Below, piece by piece: positions 40,333 to 51,759 of a DNA stretch of 64,000 nt. The first letter of the stretch is position 1, and each line of letters opens with the position of its first letter. Below the pieces are notes generated by a model. It had not been told where the DNA came from and searched no databases. It was given only the letters and a program-made list of their open reading frames with translations. Origin of the DNA: Octopus sinensis (Eukaryota); assembly GCF_006345805.1 (NCBI RefSeq), contig NC_043000.1, positions 26,040,001 through 26,104,000 of the forward strand, in the 5' to 3' direction. The position numbers were made by a program, and so were the translations under genes.

Positions 40333-41093
40333 ATTACAGTTAGGTGCTTAAGTACAGGTAGGTGTATAATATATATGTTTTACTTCATAAAGGTGTTTAA
40401 TTAAAGGTAGGTCTTTACACGTTGGGCATTAATTACAGGTAGCCTTTTCATTAAGCTAGGTTTTTAATTACAGGTTGGTCTTTAACTACCAATAGACCTA
40501 TAATCATAGATACATGTAGGTTTTTAATTACAGGTCACTGTTTAAGGGCAGGTGGCTTTTTAACTACCAATAGGCCTATAATCATAGGTACAGGTAGTTT
40601 CTTTAATTACAGGTAGGTCTTTAATTATTAAAGGAAACAATAACTTTGGTCTACTTTGAATCGTTTTATCTTTTTCTTGTTTCAGTCAGTAGACTGCGGC
40701 CATGCTGGGGCATCGCCGCCTTGAAGAATTTTTAGTCGAACGAATTGACCCAGTAGTTATTTTCTTAGCCTGGTACTTATCTAACGGCCTCTCGTTTGCG
40801 GAATCGCTAAGTTACGGGAGTTTAAACAAACCATCTGCGGCTATCAGCCGATGGTGGTGGACACACACACACACACACACGATGGGCTTCTTTCAGTTTG
40901 CGTCGACCAAATCCATTCACAAGGCTTTGGTCGGCTCGCAGTGGGATTGAAGACTCGGAATCATGTGCTGGGGAAGCAAACTTGTTACCACACAGCCATG
41001 TTTGCGCTTAATAGTATAAAGAAATATTTCCATATCTTTTCCATTTCTGTTTGCTAGGAGAATAATCAAAACCCTTCTCTCTTTGATTTTCAG

Positions 41094-41848
41094 ATAGTCA
41101 TACCAAATCTGAAAAGCAGAAGCCGCCTAAAAGGACCAACCGCCATCAATCCAAAAGCGATTACACTGCTTCCAAACGCCGAGATTCTAGTACTCCATCA
41201 CGTGAACAAACTCATACCTGGCACCGAAGCTTTGTTCCTCGATCTTCAGACAACCAATGTTATCCAAGAAAGAAAAATTACCAGAATTTGTCAAAGAGCA
41301 AGAATAGCCGTGGGTCGAAGCATTCGGAAGAGGAGCGACGCAGTAATTATCCCAGCACCAGCCATGATTATGAGTCTTCCAAAAGTGCAGAATCTATCCA
41401 AGACAGTCCACAGAAGCGACAAGCCTCCACGAAAAAACCATCGTTTCATGAATCCCGAAGCAGGGAAAGAGAGAACTTTACTTCATATAACACTCCCTCC
41501 TGGGAGTGGAACCATACGATCGATGGTTATCCTACTTACCAGCAGAACTTTTGTGATTACGATAAAAACTTGTGGCCCAATGAATACCCGGTGCCCAATG
41601 TGGAATTTTACCTTCCGTTGAATTACGACCAGAGCCAGAACCCTCCCATGCCACCGCAATCTACACATGAAACGACCAGCTGTTATTTCCCCAACCAAGC
41701 GCTCAGTATACCGGAAGAGCCGCATTATGCGATACGTGAACCCTCCGATGAGGTGTTCAACGAGGGATTTTACAACTATGATTTTCCTTACAGCTTTTTA
41801 AACTTTCGTGACAACAAGAGCTGGATAAACCCACCAATAGAAAATAAG
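41094..41848 (+). CDS. Large coding exon of the TAP-C-domain gene (K/R/S-rich then Y/P/N/F-rich low-complexity protein)
   Basis: Acceptor cttctctctttgattttcag; 755 nt open in one frame (SHTKSEKQKPPKR...SWINPPIENK); GT donor at 41849, phase 0; non-repetitive sequence. Confidence 0.8.
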
Positions 41849-42479
41849 GTTTGTGGTTTGAATGCTTATAATGAAAATAAAGGGACGAAATGTAATGTTT
41901 TAATGCCTGTAAATCTTTTATATATGTTTACATTCTTAAATATTCATACATGTTTCGGTGGGATTGTACATATTTAAATGTGTGTTTATCTGTGTGTGTG
42001 TTTTAGTGTTTATGTGGATGTTGGTCTGGTTGTGCGGTCGAGAATTTCGTCTCATAATTGTGTGTTTCGAGTTGGCTCATACATCTTGGGCTGGTGCATT
42101 TATCTTAGTGCTGGGTCGACAGAAGTCTTGTGAGTAAATTGGAATGAGAACCGTGTAGAAGCTCCTTGGATGGACTTTATCACACTGTGTGACGCTGATT
42201 CTACTCGAGAACTACTTTATGAGTACTTTAAGGTCTGTGGAATGCTCCTCCACTTTGCACGCTAATTTAGGGAATAGGGTGTCTAGTTGATGAAAACAAT
42301 TAGTCACTCCTATGTCGATACGACACGAGAATCCCTCATGACTCTGTACTTTGTGTTTGTTACGCTGAAGAGGAAAATGTGAAGTGTTTAAACTAATTAG
42401 AAGTGCGCAGTGTTAGACAAATTAGATTCTTCTAGACTGATGGGAAAAGGAATATAGCTAGTATATATTCTAAATTGTA

Positions 42480-43300
42480 TGTTAATACTAAGAATGGGAA
42501 TGCGTAAAAGGGGCTTCCAAAGTGTTGTAATTTTGCAGAAGAATCAGAGGAATAATTTAATCCATGACCAGGAGAACGGAAATATAGTGGAGGTTTTCGC
42601 GATGAGAGGTACAAGGACCTCGTGTAGGCTGAGTCAGCGTTGGTATAAACTCAGCTTATTCTGCAGGAGCAAAAGGACGGCTCCAGTCGTGTAAAACGAG
42701 AGAAGAGATCAACGTTCCTTATATACGGTCTATAACGTATGTGAGTGTAGTGTGTACACCGTCTTAGCTGAATTGGTAGTCAGTACTCAGGATTTAGATA
42801 TATGGGTAGTAATAGTGAACCCTTAGATATATGAGTAGTCACTATTCAAGCTTTAGATGTATACATGGTTAATACAGAAGTCCGAAATATGCGGGGGGTC
42901 AATAATGTTGCCTTGGTGGGCAGAAACTGAAGTCCAAGACTTACTAGCATTCTGAATAGGATTGGTAACAACTCAAATCAAGAATATGTTCTGGTCCAGA
43001 AAGGGAGACCAATCTGTTATTAGTCATTGGCATTATGTAAAGAATATGTCGTATCATTAAAATGTTAGAGGCTTTGAAAGACTGGTTATGGTTCTGGTTA
43101 TGTATTCTTCACGAACAAATAGGAAGGGAAATTGATAGTTATTCTTAGGATGTCTTTTGCTATCTTGCGTTCTTATAACTTTTGACTGGAAACTAATTTG
43201 GTGACGAGAACAATGGAGCTTCTTGCTGGTCACTTGATGTAGTAGAAATAGCAACCAAATCTCACACTTGTAAATATTACACCCTACCACTTAAAAAAAG
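42480..43300 (-). mobile_element. Highly degenerate LINE-like (possibly L1/Tx1) remnant
   Basis: Coding-like composition with many stops. The segment TRTIT...YDI...FLDQ weakly resembles the RT motif GRxIxDN...RDI...LDQEKAFD. Confidence 0.35.
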
Positions 43301-44210
43301 ACTTCTGCATAAAGGGGAAAGGTGAATATGGTCTTGGATGGTTTGCTTTCGGCCATAGGTTTGCTAACAATAAGGACAACGAAAATAACACCCCCGCAAC
43401 TACCAACCACCACCACCACCACCACCACCACCACCACCACCACCACCACCACCACCACTACTACCACCACCACCACCAACTTGGAGATTTTGTTGTGGAA
43501 TACGTTACGGTCTAACCGGAGATGGTAAGGTCGTGTAGGCAAGACCTACGTGCGGAGAATGAGGAAGTACTGTAAAATGAAGTCCTCTTCGGAGAGGGCA
43601 CATAGTGAAAGCGAATATAGCTGTCTGTTAATCGATTGATTGACAAGAATGATAGATCCTTGGTGTCGTTCTTCAATGTTGTCAACCGAAGGAAATAATT
43701 GACAGAAAGTACTTCGTATATATGGGAGATCATAGTTTTTGTGTCGCTGGTTGAAGTGAAACAACTGGTTACAAGATAATCATCGGGTCGCTGCAGTTCT
43801 GACTGTGAGACTGACAAGGGAGTATCCGTAATTCGGTGCAGAGGATTTCACTTTGAAGAGCACCAGTTTTTGACGTTGTATTACGACGGAAGAGATACAT
43901 ACATGCCTAGATGATATAATATAATATAATATAATATAATATAATATAATATAATATAATATAATATAATATATGCCCCAGCATGGCCACAGCTCATAAG
44001 CTGAAACTAGAATCAATCAATCAATCATAACATAATACATGAATATATGTATACATGGTTTAATAGACACAGGAGTTATACGTGAGCTACTTGAAGTTTC
44101 ATGGTCGGGTAACTCAGTTATCGGACGGGCTTGTGTAGCGTACAGTGCCGTACCGGCGCGTTTTACAAGCCCGTCCGAAATCTCCACTTTCCGAACACGA
44201 AATTCTTGTA

Positions 44211-44585
44211 CAATTGCAGCATGGAAGATGTTTACAAGCCATTTAAAAGCACAAAAACCGTTAGATTCACTTTAACATTTAAATTTAATTTGCCAAAATA
44301 TTTTCGTCGCTTGGGGACCGTGACCTGTTCACTGACAAAATTCTGTGATAGCCAGAACCATAACAAATCTTTCAAAACCTCTAACATTTTAATGATACGG
44401 CATATTCTTTACATTACGCCAAAGACTAATAACAGATTGGTCTCCTTTTCTGGACCAGAACATATTTCGCCAGTGAACAGGTTGTGGTCTCAAAGCGACG
44501 AAAATATTTTGGCAAATTAAATTTAAATGTTGAAGTGAATCTGACGGTTTTTGTGTGTTTTTAAATGGCTTCCACGTTGCAATTG
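44211..44585. mobile_element. Foldback element (about 125-bp arms) whose spacer is homologous to 42984-43100
   Basis: Arms caattgc...aagccatttaaaagcacaaaaaccgttagattcac...gacctgttcactg / cagtgaacagg...gtgaatctgacggtttttgtg..ttaaatggcttccacgttgcaattg. Confidence 0.85.
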
Positions 44586-44716
44586 TTTTCGTCCCAGCAC
44601 ACGATCTCAGATCAGGTCACTTTCTATGCAAGGACATCTCCGAAATTTCTTGTAACTAACGAATAACTCCTATATTCATGAAGCTATGCATATATACGCG
44701 CGCGTGCACACACACA

Positions 44717-44759
<43 letters not shown>

Positions 44760-44773
44760 TCCATCCACACACG

Positions 44774-44804
<31 letters not shown>

Positions 44805-45304
44805 CACACACACACACACACAACCATTATAAGAGTGTATATGTCCATCTTGATCTTTTGCTATGTAGTTATGTAGCTATCGTCTGTTATTTCTCAGTTT
44901 TCTTTACAATGCTGAATATCAATGTTTTAACATTCTATCTTTCTGCTCATCGAAAAGCTTTGCCATTTCAAAAATTTTCTCTTCGTTTCTCTTTCACTCT
45001 CTGTCTTTATCACTATATCACTATCTCTTCATTTCTCTCTCTCTCAATTGCTATCTATCCTTCTTTATTTCCGTCTTTCTCTCTCTCTCTCTCTACTTCT
45101 CTCACTCCCTTGCTGTCTGTTTCTGTTTGGCAAGGTTTACAGTTTTAGAAAAAGACTTGGTTCATGTAGACCTGCAGCTGGTTATACTGTATGCGAGTCA
45201 TATTATGTAATTTTAAGGAATTTATGCGGCGAGCAAATTTTGTGGCTACGGGACTAATTTTATAGTATTTTATGCTGAAAGTTGCTTGAAATAACGTTTC
45301 TATC

Positions 45305-46465
45305 ATGAATACTGCAGTAAAAAAGGTCTTCAGTGAGGCGCACATTTTGATCTGGTTAACAAATATGATTCACTTAGTATTGTTAAATCCCAGATTATTC
45401 ATGGTCCTCATGTTGACCGCCAAAAGAAGTCACTTCGAGTGGAAGATAGCAAATTCCCAAAGGGTTTCCAAAACCATTTTGCAAAGAAGCTCAAACTGAA
45501 AAAGAGCAAGAGAAGATGGAGGATTCCAAATCTTAGTTGGACAGTATGAAATTGATGACCGACATCTAACCAAAACATTTGATGCACGGATGAAATTTGC
45601 AGCTCTGAAATTTAATAATGTTCTTTAAGTGTCTGCCAATATGTCATAAAGGGCGCTGACACCTGCCAAATTTGATTTGACAAAGCAAACCAGCAGGGAT
45701 GAAGTTGTCCGATTCCTGCAAGAACAAGGAATCAACAGCAATGATGCTTTCTGGCATTTCTCGTCACTTCTATTTATGAAGTCACACCAATATAATGTCT
45801 ACTTAGAAAATAATGTCCAACTGCTTTACTTCATTCAATCAATTGCTGCCCAGCAAGTACAACTTGGACAGGACACAACCTTTAGATTTTTCTTTTCAGT
45901 CTGTGCCAATGTGGTCTCTCCGCAAATACATAGCTGTACCATCAATTCATGGAACAATAATCAATGGGGATGAAGAAAGTACGGCTCCCTTTCTTGAAGG
46001 TCAGTCTGACATAAGATTTTATAGTAGTATCGGAAGAAAGTTAACTGCACACACCATTCGGTGTGACTGCATTTTTTTGATAAAGTGGGTGGATCAAGTA
46101 CATTTTCTGGTCTTCGACTGGCCAATTGCAAAGTTTACACCACCTGCAGAGGGATGTACCTTATAGTTGGCTTGCTAGAGAAGGATACCAATTGGGATGC
46201 CCCACAGTCAGAAGCTTTTCTATCTCAACCAGTTAAGAAGCTTAGTGTTCTTTTTACCATACTGGGAAAAAGCTTGAGAACCACCCACCCAATCCACTTC
46301 CACTTTGGCTCAAGTTTTGCGACGACCTTGTCGAAGATATCAAACATCAAGTTCAACAGGTATACCCTGACAGAAATAGGGTGCAGAAATGAAATATATA
46401 AGGAAATCCTTATTGACAAAGTCAAAGATATAAATGGCCTAAAGCTTAAAAAAATACAACAATGA
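45305..46465 (+). pseudogene. Decayed coding-like sequence of unknown origin
   Basis: One frame runs 45305-45973 with only three internal stops; adjacent open frames continue to 46465; no splice signals or microsatellites. Family not recognised. Confidence 0.35.
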
Positions 46466-47244
46466 GGTCAATGATTTAGCAACAGAATTTTTTTAAAGGA
46501 GTATCATACAATTATATTTGTAGTGCATGTCAATGATAATGAAACCATATTCACTGCGTAACTTGACAAGAGACCTCAATAGGGAGGAGTAGCGGTGGAC
46601 TGGCCAGATGACTTCCATCAGACCTTACCAGTAACCACAAAAGGAATAAAATTCAATGAAATTTACCTGTACTTGTTTTCAATCATCATCGCATTGGGTC
46701 AAAGTTAAAATCTTCAAACTGTCTACACGTTTGAGAGACAATGTTTTCGGAGATTTATCGTATAATCATTTTGTTTAAAATTCGTTACATGTTGGAAAAG
46801 GAAGATTTCTTTCCGACAGTAATGGTACCATGGATCCAGTTTTCTGTAAGTACAATAATTAAAATAGCTGATGACTTTCTGTCAGAAGTGTTTTGTAGTC
46901 TGCAAAAAAAATTTGCTAATTCACAAGTAGCCTTACCAAAATATATTCAGATCAACAACACCAACTGGTGACCACTGTAGGCATTTCAATGAAACAGGAT
47001 CAATAAACATTGTAGACCAAGAAGATATCGTTCATTATCCTTCAAAAGGGAAAATAATCATTGAAATCTTCCGGTTTACCATCGCACAGAATTCCGTTAC
47101 AAAAAGATCTCTAATAATTTGATCAGTTGCGGATATATCAATGATACGAAACAAATGGTTAAGCTTATACCATATGTTATCTACTCTTCTTAGAAAATTA
47201 TTATTTTTAAATCTTACAACGTGAGATATTCAGCAACGGTACTT

Positions 47245-47428
47245 TGTAGTAAAGATTGTTTGCCAACATAACATGACAGTCCTGGTTTAGGACGAATGTT
47301 CGAAAAACGTAAGGACACAGATCGTGTCGTATAGCCAGCTGGAGACGATGTTTCCTGGGGCTAAATTACAGCAACATTAGTCCTAAACCAGGAGTGCCAT
47401 GTTATGTTGGCAAACAATCTTTACTACA
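47245..47428. mobile_element. 184-bp MITE with about 56-bp TIRs (TGT...ACA)
   Basis: tgtagtaaagattgtttgccaacataacatgacagtcctggtttaggacgaatgtt / aacattagtcctaaaccaggagtgccatgttatgttggcaaacaatctttactaca. Confidence 0.85.
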
Positions 47429-47619
47429 TCTACACTTCTGTTCTCATTTCACTGATTGTGTTAAATCCCAAAAGGCAAACATAAGCTGTTGCTGGATTGC
47501 ATCTTGAGGGTGACATGTTCTATGTAGGAATTTAAATAGTTGGAAACCAAAGAAAATTTTGTATCCTGAGGTGTTGTTATGATAATGCTCAGGATTGGCG
47601 AACCAATGATGGATACATA

Positions 47620-47960
47620 TCTAATCTCTCTCTCTATATATAAAGCTGAAATTGTCTGTGTATGGCTGGTTTGGAAGCCTTCAACTAACACTATCTCCTC
47701 CGAGACCCCGCGGCGCAAGTCAACCAAAATTGAGAGTATGATAGAAGAAGGCTTGCCTTTCCTTCCGTAGAAGATAAAATTCAAATCGGACTATGTTAAC
47801 ACCAAAAATTATTTACATCAAAAAGGTGCTTTTTTTCTATGAAAATCCCTATTTTTTGCGATTTTTTGACTGCTGTGTCACCATTTTTCGGTGTATTTCA
47901 ACCAGAAAAATGTTCACTTAAAGAGAATAACAAGCAACATAATGCAAAATTTTTACTTGT
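47620..47960 (+). mobile_element. Third copy of the non-autonomous Helitron-like family (3' end missing)
   Basis: High similarity to 37756-38085. Confidence 0.8.
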
Positions 47961-48035
47961 CACTTCATTATTTGGATCTGTTGGTTTTAACACGACATGA
48001 AAACGATTTTATTTTTATTGGTTGATTGGTTGTTT

Positions 48036-48238
48036 GTCTCGTCACCCTGGTTACTGCTAAATTTTGATTGGCTGTTTATGTCTCGTCACCCTGGTTACTG
48101 CTAAATTTTGATTGGCTGTTTATGTCTCGTCATCCTGGTTACTGCTAAATTTTGATTGGCTGTTTGTCTCGTCACTCTGGCTACTGCTAAATTTTGATTG
48201 GCTGTTTATGTCTCGTCACTCTGGTTACTGCTAAATTT
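48036..48238. repeat. Minisatellite, unit about 42-44 bp, about five copies
   Basis: tgtctcgtcaccctggttactgctaaattttgattggctgttta repeated. Confidence 0.9.
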
Positions 48239-48569
48239 TCAAATTATTTTTTTAAAATGAGAGAATTTTAAGAATAAAATACATTATGTTCGGTATTAGT
48301 TTCGAATGAAATAAAATAAAACTGTTTTCACAATTACTTAATCGTATGTTTTTATTTAATATTCTTGAAATATCGAGGATTTAACTGTAATATCGTGAAT
48401 CAGACACCAGAATGCTATAAATGTGTAAGACAATATAATTTAATTTCCTAAATGAAAGATAAACTTTTCAAATGAAATGAAATAGTTTATTAAACCGAAT
48501 ATACTTTTATTAAGAGCAATTGTGCGGCATTTCTAGCCATTTTCAGCCTGGAACACACCGGATATTCGG

Positions 48570-48632
<63 letters not shown>

Positions 48633-48767
48633 GTATACATCTATATCATCATAACCATTCATGATGTAGTTTTTCTAGAGCTGGGTGCCCTTCCTGCCGC
48701 TAAGCCTCACTTATTCCTATAAACATACTTGCACACATACATATGCATATATATATATATATATAAT

Positions 48768-48803
<36 letters not shown>

Positions 48804-48804
48804 G

Positions 48805-48836
<32 letters not shown>

Positions 48837-48837
48837 A

Positions 48838-49940
48838 CAGGGGTTGGACAAAATAATGGAAACATCATCGCATCATAATTTTGAAATATCTATAAAACCA
48901 CCAAAAGCTTGTTTATTTTTATGTTTTTTTTTATTTATTATTAGTGTTGCTTAATATGTTTTGCTAAAATTGCTGTTTCTTTTCAGATATCATCAGAAAA
49001 AGGTAATTAAAATTCATTAAAATTACAGATCAATTTGACTTTCAAAGAAGTCAAATTGTTGGTGCTCTTATGGCAGGCACTAGGATCACAAAAGTACAGC
49101 TCCCAAAATTACTGCAGAGCTTAATGACCACCTCGAGAAACCAGTTTCTACAAAAACTGTTCGCCGGAGAGCTGCACAAAGCCGGATTTCACGGGAGCGA
49201 TGTAATCAGAAAACCACCACTTTCAAAAACAAACGTTGCAAAGCGTTTAGAGTGGGGTAAAAACCCACAGAATTGGTCCCTAGGGTAGTGAAAGAATGTT
49301 ATTTTCTTGGACGAGTCATCCTTTATCTTGTTTCTGACCACCGGCCGAATATACGTGTGGAGACAGCCATAAGAAGCATTTGACCTAGACTGCCTTCTTC
49401 CAACTCTTAAACATGGAGGAGGATCTGTGATGATCTGGAGGGCTATATCTTGGAGATTCGCCGGCCAAATAGTTTCCCTTCATGTCAGAATTAATAGTCA
49501 AAAGTTTTTAAACATCTTATCTGATCAAATTTATCCTATGGTTGCGGAACTGTTTCCGGAGGAAAATACAATTCTTCAGGATGATAATGCACGAATTCAC
49601 ACTGCTAAAGTTGTTACTGAATGGCACGAGGAACATTCTAGTAAAGTTGAACGTCATATCTGGCCACCACAGTCCCCAGATCTCAATGTTATTGAACATT
49701 TATGGTGCATTTTAGAAAAACAAGTTAGGAGCCGATATCCTCCATCATCATCACTACAGGAACTGGAGGCTGTTTTAGCTGAAGAATGGACAAAAATTCC
49801 TTTGGAAACAATTCAAACTTTGTACGAGTCCATACCTCGTAGAAATGAAGCTGTAATTACTGTCAAAGGCGGTCCTACCCCATATTAAAATACATTTGTT
49901 TGAAATTTTAAGGTGTTTCTATTATTTTGTCCAACCCCTG
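48838..49940 (+). mobile_element. Tc1-family transposon with DD36E catalytic spacing, defective transposase
   Basis: TA|CAGGGGTTGGACAAAATAATGGAAACA...TGTTTCTATTATTTTGTCCAACCCCTG|TA; motifs FLDES, LQDDNARIH, WPPQSPDLNVIEHLW, KGGPTPY*; frameshift and stop in the N-terminal half. Confidence 0.95.
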
Positions 49941-49979
<39 letters not shown>

Positions 49980-50617
49980 CACACACACACACACACACAC
50001 ACCACACACACACACACACCACACACACACACACATACACACACACACACACACATATATATATGTATATATATGAGTTTCAGTGTAGCTTACATTTACG
50101 ATTATCAATTCCTCACTCGGAAAATATTGGTCAAGGCTATGACTAAAGACATTTGCGCAAGGTGTTACGACATGGCTGCAAAACGAATTTCTTACTCACG
50201 CAGCTACGTCTATGCTTGTAGGCGCGTTGTATGGAATGAAACCCGTGGGCTGAGGAATATTTCACGATTCTAATACCAGACAGGAAAGCAGGAAAAGGGG
50301 TTTTGCAATGACGTTTCTTGTTCTCTGTTCTTCTCTTTCTTATTTTCTCTCTCTGTATTTGTGTGCTTGTGTGTTTCTGTGTATCTTTTAGAGTGCATAT
50401 GTTTGTGTCTGTGTAAGGAAAGACGAAATGATAGTAAAGCGAGTAGCCTATGTACCAGTTTTCTGTGGTTAATTAAGTAGAAAAGAATTAAAGAAGCAGG
50501 CGTGGCTGTGTGGTAAGAAGCTTGCTTCCCAGCTACATGGAACCTTCTACTATAGCCTTGGGCTGACCAAAAACCTTGTAAGTAGATTTGGTAGACGGAA
50601 ACTGAAAGAAGCCCATC

Positions 50618-50657
<40 letters not shown>

Positions 50658-51759
50658 TTGTTTGTCTGTGTTTGTCCACCTCCGTCATCGCCTGACAACT
50701 GATGTCGGTGTGTTTACGTCCCCGTAAAGTAGCGGTTCGGCAAAAGAGACTGATAGAATTAGTACTAGGCATACAAAGAGTAAGTCCTGCGGTCGATTTG
50801 TTCGATTAATGGCGCTGCTCTAGCACGGCCGCAGTCAAATGACTGAAACCAGTAAATGAACACAAGAACATAGTGAGGGCGTCGAGTAAGGCAGTGAGCT
50901 GGCAGAATCGGTAGCATGCCGGACAAAATGCATTTCATTCGTATTTACGTTCTGAGTTCGAATTCCGCCGAGGTCGATTAGCCTTTCATCCTTTCGGGTG
51001 TTGATAAAATAAGTACCAGTTGAATACTGGGGTCGATATAATCGGCTTACCCCTTTCCCCAAAATTGCTGGCATTGAGCCAAAAATTTGAAACCAATATT
51101 CTGTCAAGGATCAAGGAAACACGATTAAATTTGTCGAATCTTCTTCACGTTCAGCTCGCAAATGAGCGTTCTTGTTCTTTATACTGTGTTTCTACTTCTC
51201 ACTGGGCATAGACGCATGCGGTAAAATATACGAAGCCCAGTATACCCATCATGACTACCCGTCTGATAAGGATACACCAGGCACATGCATCACAACCATA
51301 TGTGCGCGACATGGGGATCTCATATCAAGATAAACAGCGCATGACCTTACAGGTGGGGCCCAGTTAGAATTTTCTTCAGGCCGAGAAACCCATCCCGCTC
51401 AAAAAGTCCCTGAATAAAGATTGTTTAAGGATGATGAACGAAACACCCATGTTTCCAAGGGTCAATCATCCAAACCCCAAAGATTTCCTCTTAACACATG
51501 GCTATGATGCTCCCCCACTACTTCTGCCCGTGATCAGAGATGTACATATCGTCAGCCACTAAGGGACATGCTCAACTGGTTAAGGTCAAACAACTGACAA
51601 ACAAATCTGTGGTATTGAGCAGAATATTTGCTCTAGCCCATCTTTTATACCAAGAGAAAACAATGTACATGATGACACTTCCAATCAGTTAAGATCAGAA
51701 GCCATGAGAGCCACTGCTTGGTACTGCATCAGGGCATTATTATTATTATTATTATTTTT

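Noticed and set aside
41202-41725. Alternative ORFs 41202-41621(+) and 41483-41725(-)
   Set aside because: Shadow frames of the splice-supported exon 41094-41848.
41849-41977. ORF extension VCGLNAYNE...
   Set aside because: Read-through into AT-rich intron after the GT donor at 41849; the donor is weak (gtttgt), so retention is not excluded.
43386-43480. Poly-Thr/poly-Val ORFs
   Set aside because: Pure (ACC)n microsatellite.
48036-48238. Possible CRISPR-like array
   Set aside because: Direct tandem repeats with no unique spacers, no cas genes, eukaryotic context.
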